From: Chloroflexota bacterium | GTDB lineage: Bacteria; Chloroflexota; Dormibacteria; CF-121 | Direction: 5' to 3' | Length of the DNA: 64,000 nucleotides | NCBI GenBank assembly: GCA_005881175.1 | Contig: VBEN01000012.1 | Coordinates: 12,667-76,666, forward strand | Shown here: positions 1-9,367 of the stretch, piece by piece | How positions within the stretch are numbered: position 1 is the stretch's first letter | Layout: each line of letters starts with the position of its first letter | Translations under genes and position numbers: made by a program | The notes under the pieces: generated by a model | The model's database searches: none | The model's input: only the letters and a program-made list of their open reading frames with translations | What the model was told of the DNA's origin: nothing

Positions 1-29
1 CGGCTCAGTGAGCCGCTCGAAGGCAAACG

Positions 30-263
30 TTGATGGATCAGCTCAAGCATTTGATCGAAGTCTGGACGAGCTATGCCCAGGGACTGACCGGCAGCATCGG
101 CGCGCTTGCGTTCGTCTGCGCCTTCATCTGGAAGATGGTGGCGATCGAGCCGCGCAGCGTGATGGAGGCAAAACGCTGGATCGGCCGCATCGTCTTCGGC
201 ACCATCGGGGTGGAGATGGCCGGCCTCCTCGTCCGGGTGCTTGTGGATTCCGTAAATCATTAG
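30..263 (+). CDS. Small two-TM membrane protein, possibly a VirB2/TrbC-like pilin-type subunit
   Basis: 77-aa ORF with two hydrophobic segments, directly upstream of a VirB6/TrbL-like polytopic protein; no confident motif. Confidence 0.35.
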   Translation: MMDQLKHLIEVWTSYAQGLTGSIGALAFVCAFIWKMVAIEPRSVMEAKRWIGRIVFGTIGVEMAGLLVRVLVDSVNH

Positions 264-296
264 CCGGCTTGAAATCCCTGTTCGTGCGGGTGGTCG

Positions 297-1169
297 GTGT
301 TAGAGGTCTTCTCCGGGCTGGTCACCGGCTTCTTGACCAACCTCGTCAACGATGTGCGGGATTCAATCGCGGGCACGGTCGAGACCTATCTGCTCAGCAC
401 CCACGATCTGTCGACGCTCACACCGCGTCCGCTGACCGACGAACCCACCCTGCAGGCCATGTTCCACCTCACGCTGGCGATGGCGGACCTGTTGCTGGTG
501 CTGGTCTTTACCTGGGCCTTTCTGCGAAGCCTGTGGGAGCGCAGCTTTCGTGCCCACTACACGCTCAAGGCGATCCTGCCGCGCGCGATGGCCGCGGTTG
601 TGATGGCGCACTTCGCGTTGCTCTTTGGCCAGATGGCGATCGATCTGAACAACGCGCTCGTGCACGCCGTCTGGACCCAACCCCTACCGGGCGGACCGCC
701 TCGGCTGCCGTGGATGGATGCGATGACGAACGGTTTCGGAATGCCGTTGTTCCAGATCGCCGTCCGCCTCGCCATCGTCATCATGCTGGTGATCGTCGCC
801 TTTACTTACGTGGTCCGCTTCGCCCTGCTCGCTGTCCTGCTCGCGGTGGCCCCACTGGCCGCCATCTGCATGATCCTTCCCGAAACCAAGCACTATGCCC
901 AGTCCTGGATTCGACTGTTTCTCCTCACCGTGTTCATGCAGTTCGGCCAGGTGCTGGTCCTGCGCTTCGCCAGCCTCTTCACCGCCGACCTCACCGGCAG
1001 CCCGATTGAGGCGCTCTACGGCGCGGCGGTCCTCTACTTGCTGATCAAGGTGCCTGGCTTGATGAATGCTTCCGCGCACCTCGAGTCGAAGACCGAGCAT
1101 CTCGCCGAAGGCCTTGTCAAGCGGGCGGTGAAGGGTGCCATGGCCACGCGCCGGGCTTCTGGCGCATGA
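297..1169 (+). CDS. Polytopic membrane protein, TrbL/VirB6-like (conjugal transfer/T4SS family)
   Basis: 290 aa with about 6 TM helices; composition and architecture typical of the TrbL/VirB6 family; gene order small-TM protein, polytopic protein, M23 peptidase. Confidence 0.4.
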   Translation: MLEVFSGLVTGFLTNLVNDVRDSIAGTVETYLLSTHDLSTLTPRPLTDEPTLQAMFHLTLAMADLLLVLVFTWAFLRSLWERSFRAHYTLKAILPRAMAAVVMAHFALLFGQMAIDLNNALVHAVWTQPLPGGPPRLPWMDAMTNGFGMPLFQIAVRLAIVIMLVIVAFTYVVRFALLAVLLAVAPLAAICMILPETKHYAQSWIRLFLLTVFMQFGQVLVLRFASLFTADLTGSPIEALYGAAVLYLLIKVPGLMNASAHLESKTEHLAEGLVKRAVKGAMATRRASGA

Positions 1170-1732
1170 CGCCACTGGCGGCCGGACGCCTCGCGCTCCT
1201 CGCCTGGTCCTGGCGGCGGCCCGCCATCGCCGCTGGCGTGGCGTTCCTCCTGGTTCCGCTGTTGCTGGCCGGCGTCGTCGTCCGGGCGCAGCAGACCCCA
1301 ACAGGTCCGCTGGTCCTGCCGGTGACCGAAGCGACGCTCACCCAGCCGTACGGCTGTAGCGCGCTCGAAATCGAGCCCTGGTCCGAGACGTGCCCCAGCC
1401 ATCACTTCCACAGCGGGATCGACCTCGCGGCGCCAGTCGGGACGATGGTGTACGCCGCGACCGCCGGGACCATCGCCGTCCACCGTGAGCGCGGCGGCTA
1501 CGGCCTCTACATTCTGCTGACTCACGATTCAAAGCTCAGCACGCTGTACGGGCATCTCGATTGGCCGCTCGTGCAGCCGGGCGACGTCGTTGCCGCGGGA
1601 CAGGCGATCGCCCTGTTGGGATCGACCGGCAACAGCACCGGACCGCACCTGCACTTCGAGGTGCGCATCGCAGGCGTGCCGGTCGATCCGCTCCCGCTTC
1701 TGCATCCTGGGTCCCAGGGAGGTGGTCGGTAG
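1166..1732 (+). CDS. M23 family (LytM-type) metallopeptidase, membrane anchored
   Basis: N-terminal TM segment; conserved M23 motifs HxxxD (HFHSGIDL) and GSTGNSTGPHLHFE; start overlaps the previous gene's stop. Confidence 0.8.
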   Translation: MTPLAAGRLALLAWSWRRPAIAAGVAFLLVPLLLAGVVVRAQQTPTGPLVLPVTEATLTQPYGCSALEIEPWSETCPSHHFHSGIDLAAPVGTMVYAATAGTIAVHRERGGYGLYILLTHDSKLSTLYGHLDWPLVQPGDVVAAGQAIALLGSTGNSTGPHLHFEVRIAGVPVDPLPLLHPGSQGGGR

Positions 1733-1789
1733 AGACTGATCCGTTTTGCCGGCTCGTCGAAACTCGTCTGGAAGGGAGAACGATCCAAC

Positions 1790-2167
1790 ATGGTGAACCG
1801 CGTGATTTTGGTCGGCCGCTTGACTCGTGACCCGGAAATCGTGATCAGCCCCAAGGGGCTCACCATCGCCAAGCTCCGGCTGGCCACGAACAGCTACTCG
1901 AAAGACGATGACGGGAATCGCCAGGAAGACGTCCAGTACCACTCGCTGGTCGCCTTCGATCGGCTGGCCTCCATCTGCCAGGAGTTTCTGACCAGGGGCA
2001 AACTGATCTATGCCGAGGGACGGCTGCGCAGCCACGAGTGGGACGGAAAGGACGGTCTGCGCCGCTACACCACCGAGGTCGTGATGGACCAGATGAAGAT
2101 GCTCAGCCCGAAAGCCGAAAGCGTTGTCGACAACGGTCAACCGGTTGCCGAGCCGGTTAGCGCGTGA
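1790..2167 (+). CDS. ssb: Single-stranded DNA-binding protein (OB fold) lacking the acidic C-terminal tail
   Basis: N-terminal MVNRVILVGRLTRDPE... is the classic SSB start; 125 aa; ends ...EPVSA with no DDDIPF-type tail; not in an rpsF-ssb-rpsR context. Confidence 0.8.
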   Translation: MVNRVILVGRLTRDPEIVISPKGLTIAKLRLATNSYSKDDDGNRQEDVQYHSLVAFDRLASICQEFLTRGKLIYAEGRLRSHEWDGKDGLRRYTTEVVMDQMKMLSPKAESVVDNGQPVAEPVSA

Positions 2168-2177
2168 AGGAGTTGCA

Positions 2178-2313
2178 TATGATCCCCGAGCCGCAACCCT
2201 ACGACCCCGATGACCCGACTTACGACGAGAACGCCGCCGAGCTCGCCTACCTCCTGCCGGACCGCGGCTTTCCGGGCGGGCTGATCGACCGCGACGACCC
2301 GTTAGGGTACTGA
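2178..2313 (+). CDS. Small acidic protein (45 aa), not in the ORF track
   Basis: ATG at 2178 preceded by GAAGGAG 7 nt upstream; encodes MIPEPQPYDPDDPTYDENAAELAYLLPDRGFPGGLIDRDDPLGY; fills the ssb-ychF gap. Confidence 0.3.
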
Positions 2314-2412
2314 CGCCGGCAAGTCGCCTGAGGATGACCAGCTAGCATTTGCCCACACCGGACGCCATCGGCGTAGGTGTGGGCGTTCGTTCGAGTCTCC
2401 AGGAGGTGGCTG

Positions 2413-2454
2413 ATGGCGGTGCAGACGCTCGTCGATGGGCTTGCTCGTCGATGA
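2413..2454 (+). CDS. 13-codon upstream ORF (MAVQTLVDGLARR) coupled to ychF
   Basis: AGGAGG 6 nt upstream of ATG 2413; its TGA stop (2452-2454) overlaps the ychF ATG (2451) as ATGA. Confidence 0.25.
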   Translation: MAVQTLVDGLARR

Positions 2455-3548
2455 CCCTGGGCGTCGGCATCGTGGGCCTGCCGAATGTCGGCAAGACCAC
2501 CCTGTTCAATGCGTTGACGCGGGCGGGCGCCGGTGTGGCCTCGTACGCCTTCAGCACGGTCGAGCCAAACACCGCCATGGTCGAGGTCCCGGACAAGCGG
2601 CTCGACGTGCTGGCGCAGATGTACAAGCCCAAAAAAGTCACACCGACGGTGATGAAGTTTGTCGACGTGGCCGGCCTGGTGGCCGGAGCCAGCCGCGGCG
2701 AGGGCATGGGCAACCAATTTCTTTCCAATATCCGCGAGCTCGACGCGCTAGCCATGGTGGTCCGCTCCTTCAGCGATCCGAACGTGCAGCATGTCGATAG
2801 CAGGCTGGACCCACGCCGGGACATGGCGATGGTCAACCTCGAGCTGGCGCTTGCGGACCTCGATGTGGTGAACAAGCGTCGGGAAAAGATCGCCGGGACC
2901 GCCCGCCTCAAGCCAGGCGCCAAGGAGAAGGAGGAACTCGAGCTCCTCGACCGGCTGGCGGCCCACCTCGACGAGGGCAAACCGATTCGAACCATGAGCT
3001 TCGAGCCTGAGCAGGCGAAACTCCTCAAGAGCTTTTCCTTCCTCACGGCCAAGCCGGTCCTCTATGTCGCCAACATCGGGGAGGACCAGATTGGCAAGGA
3101 GACCCCGGAGCTCAACGCACTCCGCGACGAAGCCAGGAACGAAGGTGCCGATGTCATCGCCCTCTCTGCCCGGCTGGAGGCCGAGATCCGCGAGTTGCCG
3201 GACGATGAGGCAGCCGTCTTCCTCGAGGACGCGGGCCTGAAAGAGGCGGCACTCCCAACCTTCATCCACGCCGCCTATCGATTACTGAGCCTGGTCACCT
3301 TCCTCACCGCGGGCGATCCGGAGGTGCGTGCGTGGACAGTCCGGCACGGAGCGAAAGCGCCCGAGGCCGCCGGCGTGATCCACAGCGACATCGAACGTGG
3401 CTTCATTAAGGCGGAGATCGTCGCCTACGATGATCTGGTCGCGGCGGGAGCCTATGCGGCGGCTCGTGAGCGGGGCAAGGTGAGGCTCGAGGGCCGCGAC
3501 TATGTCATCAAGGATGGGGACGTCTGCCTGTTCCGCTTCAATGTCTGA
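2451..3548 (+). CDS. ychF: Ribosome-binding ATPase YchF (Obg-family GTPase)
   Basis: N-terminal GIVGLPNVGKTTLFNALT P-loop and C-terminal TGS domain; 365 aa; the track ORF starts earlier (2349) but the conserved start is ATG 2451. Confidence 0.9.
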   Translation: MTLGVGIVGLPNVGKTTLFNALTRAGAGVASYAFSTVEPNTAMVEVPDKRLDVLAQMYKPKKVTPTVMKFVDVAGLVAGASRGEGMGNQFLSNIRELDALAMVVRSFSDPNVQHVDSRLDPRRDMAMVNLELALADLDVVNKRREKIAGTARLKPGAKEKEELELLDRLAAHLDEGKPIRTMSFEPEQAKLLKSFSFLTAKPVLYVANIGEDQIGKETPELNALRDEARNEGADVIALSARLEAEIRELPDDEAAVFLEDAGLKEAALPTFIHAAYRLLSLVTFLTAGDPEVRAWTVRHGAKAPEAAGVIHSDIERGFIKAEIVAYDDLVAAGAYAAARERGKVRLEGRDYVIKDGDVCLFRFNV

Positions 3549-4377
3549 CTGGCGTGTCGTCTTCGACCCAGCAGCGAACGGCGCCTGGAACATGGCGGTC
3601 GATGAGGTACTGCTCGACGGCGTCGCCGCCGGTAGCGCGCCGCCGACCCTGCGCTTCTACGCCTGGTCGCCCGCCTGCCTGTCCCTCGGATACTTTCAGC
3701 CGTTCAGCGTCGTCAACCTCGAGGGTTGTCGGCGGCTTGGCGTCGATGTGGTTCGCCGGCCGACCGGAGGCCGGGCCATTCTGCACGATCGCGAGCTGAC
3801 CTACAGCGTGGCGCTGCCGGCGTCCGTTCTCGGTCGGGACGCGGGCATCCTCCCCTCGTACCGACGGCTCAGTCTCGCGTTGCAGACCGGGCTGCGGCGG
3901 CTCGGCATCGATGTCAGCCTTGCCCCGGAATCGGAGGCGCCCAATCGGGCGCTGCATGGACCCGCGTGTTTTGATCGCCCTTCGGCCCACGAGATCCTGC
4001 TTCATGGGCGCAAGCTGGTTGGAAGCGCCCAGGTGCGCCGTGCGGGCGCGCTGCTGCAGCATGGCAGCATCGTGATCGAGCCGCGGATGGCGACCCTGAT
4101 CGCCTGTCTTAAGCCTGACGACGACCCGAAGACGGCGGCGGGGCGGCTCGACGACGGCGTGGCCGGCCTGGCCGAAGTCGGCAATTTCGAGCCGGGTTCG
4201 ATCGGGTGGGCGCTTGCCGGGGCTTTTGCTGGTGAATTTGACGTCCAGCTGGAACAGGGCTGCCTGACGGAGGCGGAAGCGGGGGCGGCGGCCCTCTTGG
4301 AGAAATCGAAATATCGGTCGCCCGGGTGGACGCAGCGGCCGCTGGCGATGCCCCAAAAAACAACAAGGACCAGATGA
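3541..4377 (+). CDS. Lipoate--protein ligase / octanoyltransferase family (BPL/LPL catalytic domain)
   Basis: WRVVFDP...AVDEVLL...RFYAWSP...VVRRPTGGRAILHDRELTYSVAL matches the LplA/LipM catalytic domain; overlaps the ychF stop by 8 nt. Confidence 0.75.
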   Translation: MSDWRVVFDPAANGAWNMAVDEVLLDGVAAGSAPPTLRFYAWSPACLSLGYFQPFSVVNLEGCRRLGVDVVRRPTGGRAILHDRELTYSVALPASVLGRDAGILPSYRRLSLALQTGLRRLGIDVSLAPESEAPNRALHGPACFDRPSAHEILLHGRKLVGSAQVRRAGALLQHGSIVIEPRMATLIACLKPDDDPKTAAGRLDDGVAGLAEVGNFEPGSIGWALAGAFAGEFDVQLEQGCLTEAEAGAAALLEKSKYRSPGWTQRPLAMPQKTTRTR

Positions 4378-4548
4378 GGAGGGGCATTGCAGCGACGATG
4401 GCAGGACGGCTGCAGAATCTGGCCCTTGTTGGCTCGCGGCTTCGGGCACACGCTATATCTTGTACCCAGCGCGCTTTGTACCACAGCCTGTTGGATGTGT
4501 CAAGCGCTTATCCACGTTCGCGCTAAACTGCGATCCGCGTAGGCAGGC

Positions 4549-4908
4549 ATGGCTCGAAAGAACAAGCGTTCGCAACTCAGAAAGCCCCAGCGCGGTGGGT
4601 CCGGCGCCGGGCGGGCGGCCCGGCCGGCCGCGATTCCCCCGCTTGCGCCGGCGCAGCCCGGTCAGCCGCCCGCAGCCGAACCGCCGCCGCCCGCCGCGAG
4701 CGCCGCCCTGCCGGTTCAGCGACCGCTGCCTCGGGCCGCGCGTGGCCGTCAGCCGACCGGCCCACTGCCGGCTCAGGATGCGGCAATCCCGCTGGATCGG
4801 GTGCCGTATTTCCGCGCGGACCTGCGCCGGATCGCGATTACGGCTGGACTCATGTTCGTGCTGCTGATCGCCGGATCGATCGTGCTCCGCGGGCTGCTCC
4901 AGGCGTGA
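4549..4908 (+). CDS. Proline/alanine-rich protein with a single C-terminal TM helix
   Basis: Basic N-terminus, low-complexity P/A-rich middle, hydrophobic C-terminal helix ITAGLMFVLLIAGSIVL; directly upstream of bactofilin. Confidence 0.35.
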   Translation: MARKNKRSQLRKPQRGGSGAGRAARPAAIPPLAPAQPGQPPAAEPPPPAASAALPVQRPLPRAARGRQPTGPLPAQDAAIPLDRVPYFRADLRRIAITAGLMFVLLIAGSIVLRGLLQA

Positions 4909-4974
4909 TGTTTTTCGAGGAAGCAAGAAAGCTCGTCGCGTAACCGTTCTGGCACAAAGGCGATAACAACTTGT

Positions 4975-4980
4975 CAGGAG
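4975..4980 (+). promoter_or_regulatory. Shine-Dalgarno AGGAGG for the bactofilin gene
   Basis: AGGAGG 6 nt upstream of GTG 4987. Confidence 0.5.
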
Positions 4981-4986
4981 GTTTGC

Positions 4987-5403
4987 GTGTTCGACAAAAG
5001 ATCCCCGCGTGAAGCCGCACCGATCGTCGCTGAGACGGTGCTGTCGAATCAGATCAAGCTCGAGGGCCGGCTGCAGTCAACGTCCAATATTCGCTTCGAC
5101 GGCGAAATGCTCGGCGATGTGTCTACCGATGGTGACCTGTCGGTCGGCGAGCATGGCCGGGTGAGGGGCAACGTCACCGGCCGCAACGTCGTGGTCGGCG
5201 GATCGATCCAGGGCAATGTGAGCACCACAGGACGCCTGGAGATCCTGGCGACCGGCAAAGTGTTCGGCGACATCGTGGTCGGTTCGCTGATCATCGACGA
5301 GGGCGGCATCCTTCGAGGGAAGAGCGCCGTCCATGGCGAAGAGGCGAATGCGTCAGTCGTTTCCGTTGGCATGCGTACCGAGGTCGCCGTCGCCGTCGCC
5401 TGA
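4987..5403 (+). CDS. Bactofilin (DUF583 polymer-forming cytoskeletal protein)
   Basis: Repetitive beta-helix motifs (GDVSTDGDLSVGEHGRVRGNVTG...VVVGGSIQGNV...); GTG start with SD. Confidence 0.8.
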   Translation: MFDKRSPREAAPIVAETVLSNQIKLEGRLQSTSNIRFDGEMLGDVSTDGDLSVGEHGRVRGNVTGRNVVVGGSIQGNVSTTGRLEILATGKVFGDIVVGSLIIDEGGILRGKSAVHGEEANASVVSVGMRTEVAVAVA

Positions 5404-5426
5404 CCCGTCGCCTTCATTCGCTAGCG

Positions 5427-5453
5427 GGGCCCGGAACCGTCCGGGCCCTTTTT
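5427..5453 (+). terminator. Rho-independent terminator after the bactofilin gene
   Basis: Perfect GC stem GGGCCCGG / CCGGGCCC around loop AACCGT, followed by TTTTT. Confidence 0.7.
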
Positions 5454-6123
5454 GTTATCGCCGATACTTACTCTCGTGCTGTTCAGCGGCGACCCGATGC
5501 AATTCGTCATCAATGCGCTCTATTTGATTCCGGCGCTGCTTGTCGGACTCATCGGGCACGAGTTCTCCCACGCCGCTGTCGCCGTTGCCCGCGGGGACGA
5601 GACGCCGCGACTCGATGGCCGCCTTTCTCTCAACCCAAGCCATCACCTCGACCCACTCGGGTCGATCGCCGTGTTGCTGGTGGGGTTCGGATGGGCCAAA
5701 CCGGTCCGGATCAACCCGTACCGGATGCGGGGCCCGTTCGACGCCGCTCTGGTCGCCGCGGCGGGTCCCCTCGCCAACCTGGTACTCGCCGTCGCGTTCT
5801 CGATCCCGATCAAGCTCGGCCTCAACGCCGGGACCTTCGATGCCAATTGGCCCCCCTGGCGCCTGCTGGTCGTCGCCTTCTATCTCAATGTTGCTTTGGC
5901 GATTCTGAACATCCTGCCGATTCCACCGCTTGACGGTTACAACTTCTTCTCAACGCTGCTTCGGCGACGATTCGGAGCGTTCTTCTTGTGGATCGACAAG
6001 CACCAGCAGGTCATCATGCTGGTCTTTGTGCTCCTGCTGCTGCTAACCGGCATCCTGAGGTTCATCTATCTTCCCGTCGCCACGCTGATCCTTCGGCTGC
6101 CGCCGTTCCCGGTCGGTACCTGA
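5452..6123 (+). CDS. Site-2 protease family (M50-like) zinc metalloprotease, membrane embedded
   Basis: HEFSHA HExxH motif in a TM helix, LNPxxHLDPLG and LPIPPLDG motifs; alternative start at ATG 5497. Confidence 0.7.
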   Translation: MLSPILTLVLFSGDPMQFVINALYLIPALLVGLIGHEFSHAAVAVARGDETPRLDGRLSLNPSHHLDPLGSIAVLLVGFGWAKPVRINPYRMRGPFDAALVAAAGPLANLVLAVAFSIPIKLGLNAGTFDANWPPWRLLVVAFYLNVALAILNILPIPPLDGYNFFSTLLRRRFGAFFLWIDKHQQVIMLVFVLLLLLTGILRFIYLPVATLILRLPPFPVGT

Positions 6124-6125
6124 CG

Positions 6126-7478
6126 GTGGACGCTCTGCGCGCACTGCCCAGTGTGCATCAGCTGCTCGAGGAGGAGCCGGCAACCACATTGATCGCCGCT
6201 CATGGCCGTCCGCTGGTCCGCTTTGCGGTGCAACGTGTCCTGGAGGAGGAACGCCGGCGAGCGGCGACGAACACATCGCACGCTCGGTGGGCCCGGGTCG
6301 AGGCCACGATTCAGGGCCTGCGCCGGTCGCGTCTTCGGCCGGTGGTCAACGCGACCGGTGTGATTCTGCACACCAACCTGGGGCGGGCACCGCTGGCGGC
6401 GGCGGCGGCCGACGCGACAGCCGGGATCGCGGGGCGCTATTCGACACTCGAGTTCGATCCCCTGACCGGCCGGCGGGGCCGGCGGCATGATCTGCTGGGC
6501 GAGCTGTTGCGCTACCTGACCGGGGCCGAGGCAACGGCGGTGGTCAACAATTGCGCCGCCGCGGTGCTTCTGATGTTGACGGCGCTGGCAAAGGGCAAGG
6601 AGGTCATCGTCGCCCGCGGCGAGCTCGTCGAAATCGGCGGCGGATTCCGGATGCCGGAGGTCATGCGCCTCTCAGGTGCACGCATGGTCGAAGTCGGCAC
6701 CACCAACCGGACTCGCGCAGAGGATTACGCCGCCGCGGTCACGCCCAAAACGGTGGCCATCATGAAGGTGCACGCAAGCAACTTCCAGGTGGTCGGGTTT
6801 ACCGAGAGCGTCGAGCTCAAGCCACTCGCCGCCATCGCCCGGCAGCATCAGTTGCTGCTGCTCCATGACCTGGGAAGCGGCGCCCTGCTCGACACGACGG
6901 CCTTTGGTTTGGCTGCTGAGCCACGTATCCAGGACAGCCTTCTTGCCGATGTCGACCTTGTCGCATCCAGCGCCGACAAGCTGTTGGGCGGCCCTCAGGC
7001 TGGTCTGTTATTCGGTCGAGCGGACCTCGTGGAGCGCGTCATGAAGCACCCGCTGGCGCGCGCGGTGCGGGTCGATAAGCTGACCATTGCGGCCCTCGCC
7101 GCCACCCTCGACCTCTATCTCACCCAATCGTTCGGCGACGTGCCGATCTGGACGATGCTGAGCACCTCCCTCGACTCTGTCCGAAGCCGAGCGCAGGCCT
7201 GGCAGAGCCGCCTGGCGGAACTAGGGGTCGCCGTGGAGCTGGCGGCCGCCGAGTCAACGGTAGGCGGGGGATCGCTACCTGGAGAGAGGCTGCCCACCAC
7301 GGTTGTGGTCATCACGCCGCGGCAGGGCGGTGCCACGGACCTACTGAGGCGTCTCCGTGAGCACGAGCCTCCGGTCATTGGGCGAATCGTTGAGGAGCGC
7401 GTGCTGCTCGACCCACGCACCGTGCTGCCCGATGAAGATGACGTGGTGGTCGACGCCGTAGCCGGCGCGCTGTCATGA
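6126..7478 (+). CDS. selA: L-seryl-tRNA(Sec) selenium transferase
   Basis: SelA hallmarks VVNATGVILHTNLGRAPL and the PLP-lysine motif SSADKLLGGPQAG; GTG 6126 lies immediately after the upstream stop (track ORF start 5988 is inside the previous gene). Confidence 0.85.
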   Translation: MDALRALPSVHQLLEEEPATTLIAAHGRPLVRFAVQRVLEEERRRAATNTSHARWARVEATIQGLRRSRLRPVVNATGVILHTNLGRAPLAAAAADATAGIAGRYSTLEFDPLTGRRGRRHDLLGELLRYLTGAEATAVVNNCAAAVLLMLTALAKGKEVIVARGELVEIGGGFRMPEVMRLSGARMVEVGTTNRTRAEDYAAAVTPKTVAIMKVHASNFQVVGFTESVELKPLAAIARQHQLLLLHDLGSGALLDTTAFGLAAEPRIQDSLLADVDLVASSADKLLGGPQAGLLFGRADLVERVMKHPLARAVRVDKLTIAALAATLDLYLTQSFGDVPIWTMLSTSLDSVRSRAQAWQSRLAELGVAVELAAAESTVGGGSLPGERLPTTVVVITPRQGGATDLLRRLREHEPPVIGRIVEERVLLDPRTVLPDEDDVVVDAVAGALS

Positions 7479-9367
7479 CGGAGCCGATTGCCGGATCGTT
7501 CGTGATTGGCACGGCCGGTCACATCGACCACGGCAAATCCACCCTGGTCAAAGCCCTGACGCAGATCGATCCGGACCGGCTGGAGGAGGAGAAGCGCCGT
7601 GGCATGACCATCGACCTGGGCTTCGCCTACCTGCTGCTTCCCAGTGGACGCCGGGTCGGGATCGTCGACGTGCCCGGACACCAGCGCTTTCTCAAGAACA
7701 TGCTCGCCGGCGTCCATGGCATGGATGCCGTCATGCTGGTCGTGGCCGCCGACGAGGGTCCGATGCCACAAACCCGCGAGCACCTGGCCATCATCGACCT
7801 GCTCGCGATCCAGCATGGGCTCGTGGTGCTGACCAAGGCCGATCTGGTCGATGCGGCATGGCTCCGCCTGATGCGTGAGGAGGTCGCCGGCCTCATCCAG
7901 GGGACCGCGATGCAGCGTGTGCCCATCGTGGCGGTGTCGGGCACGAGCGGCGAGGGCCTCGACGAGCTGCGCGCGGCCCTCGATGCGGAGCTCGCGCAAA
8001 CCCAACCTCGGCCCGACGTGGGCCGGCCGCGGCTGCCAGTCGATCGTTCCTTCGCCATGGCCGGGTTCGGAACCGTCGTTACCGGCACTCTGGTTGGTGG
8101 TGCGCTGCGCCAGGGTGCCGAGGTGATCGTGATGCCGGGCGAGCGCCGGGTCCGGATCCGCGGACTCCAGCAGCACAATCGGCCGGTGGAGGAGGCGCGG
8201 CCGGGGAGCCGCACGGCCGTCAATCTCAGCGGCGTCGACCACTCCCAGCTGCGGCGAGGGCACGTACTGGCGCTGCCGGGGACCTTGCCCGTCACGCGGC
8301 GGCTCGACGCCCGCCTGGTCGTGCTGCCCGATGCCGCGCAACCACTGCGTCACCGCCAGCGCCTCTTGATCTACCACGAGACCGCCGAGGTGATGGTGGA
8401 GCTCAGCTTGCTCGAGCGCGATGAGCTGCGCCCGGGGGAGGAGGGATGGGCCCAGCTGTTCGTGGACAGCCCGATGGTTGCGCTCGACGGTGATCGGTTC
8501 ATCCTCCGCGTCCCATCACCGGCGACGACGGTTGCCGGCGGGGTGATCGTCGACAGCGCGCCGCGCCGCCACCGTCGCCGAGACGGGATGGTCCTCAGCG
8601 ACCTGGAGCTGCGCGAGCGCGCGGACCCGGGAACCGCGGTCGTGCTCGAGCTGGCCAAGCATGCCTGGGGCCTCAGCGAAGCCGAGCTTGGCCGCCGCCT
8701 TGGACGTTCCAAGCTGCAGCTCGACGACACGCTGGCACCCGTCGCCGATCGCGGCGCGATCCGGCGGCTGGCCTCGCGCTGCGTCACCCGCGATCAGTGG
8801 GACCGGCTCTCGGCCCGGGTGACCACAGCCTTGAACGCCTATCACCAGGCGCAACCCCTTCGCCCCGGGATGTCCAAGGAAGAGCTACGTAGCCGCACCG
8901 GTATCCCGGCCGAACTCTTTACGCCGGCGCTCGGCTCGCTCACGAGCGATGGCATCGTGGTCGAGCGCAACGGAGAGGTGGCCGCGGCGGGTCACCGGCA
9001 GGGCCTCACACCGGAGCAGGAGTCGGCGGCGGTTGGCGTGCTCGCCGACCTGGAACGGCAACCGTTCAGCCCTCCGCCGTTGGCCGATCTCGTGCGCCGG
9101 CATCAGCTGCCGCCCGCGCTGCTGCAATACCTCATCACTCAGGGACGCGTCGTACGCGTCAATGACGACACCGTCTTCGCCCGGTCCGCCTACGATGACG
9201 CAGTCAGCCGGTTGCGGGCACATCTCACCGAGCATCGGACCTTGACCGTGGCGGCGGCCCGCGATGTGCTGGGATCGACTCGGCGCTACGTTCTTCCCTT
9301 GCTCGAGTGGCTGGATGCCCAGAAGATCACGCGCCGGGTCGGAGATGACCGTATCCTGAGGGGTTGA
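7475..9367 (+). CDS. selB: Selenocysteine-specific translation elongation factor
   Basis: GTPase G1-G4 motifs ([19 protein letters not shown]) followed by winged-helix domains; 630 aa; ATGA overlap with the selA stop. Confidence 0.9.
   Translation: MTEPIAGSFVIGTAGHIDHGKSTLVKALTQIDPDRLEEEKRRGMTIDLGFAYLLLPSGRRVGIVDVPGHQRFLKNMLAGVHGMDAVMLVVAADEGPMPQTREHLAIIDLLAIQHGLVVLTKADLVDAAWLRLMREEVAGLIQGTAMQRVPIVAVSGTSGEGLDELRAALDAELAQTQPRPDVGRPRLPVDRSFAMAGFGTVVTGTLVGGALRQGAEVIVMPGERRVRIRGLQQHNRPVEEARPGSRTAVNLSGVDHSQLRRGHVLALPGTLPVTRRLDARLVVLPDAAQPLRHRQRLLIYHETAEVMVELSLLERDELRPGEEGWAQLFVDSPMVALDGDRFILRVPSPATTVAGGVIVDSAPRRHRRRDGMVLSDLELRERADPGTAVVLELAKHAWGLSEAELGRRLGRSKLQLDDTLAPVADRGAIRRLASRCVTRDQWDRLSARVTTALNAYHQAQPLRPGMSKEELRSRTGIPAELFTPALGSLTSDGIVVERNGEVAAAGHRQGLTPEQESAAVGVLADLERQPFSPPPLADLVRRHQLPPALLQYLITQGRVVRVNDDTVFARSAYDDAVSRLRAHLTEHRTLTVAAARDVLGSTRRYVLPLLEWLDAQKITRRVGDDRILRG

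Noticed and set aside
8-1009. 333-aa + strand ORF overlapping the VirB2/VirB6-like genes
   Set aside because: Arg/Pro/Gly-rich low-complexity translation typical of an out-of-frame read through GC-rich coding DNA; the overlapping frames encode plausible TM proteins.
7115-8377. 420-aa antisense ORF inside selA/selB
   Set aside because: Low-complexity Arg/Gly/Pro-rich product on the opposite strand of two well-conserved genes; a GC-content artefact. The same applies to the antisense ORFs at 3538-4449, 11584-12483, 12299-13093, 15940-16557, 19576-20724, 22413-23303, 45079-46083, 48011-49102 and 53356-54174.
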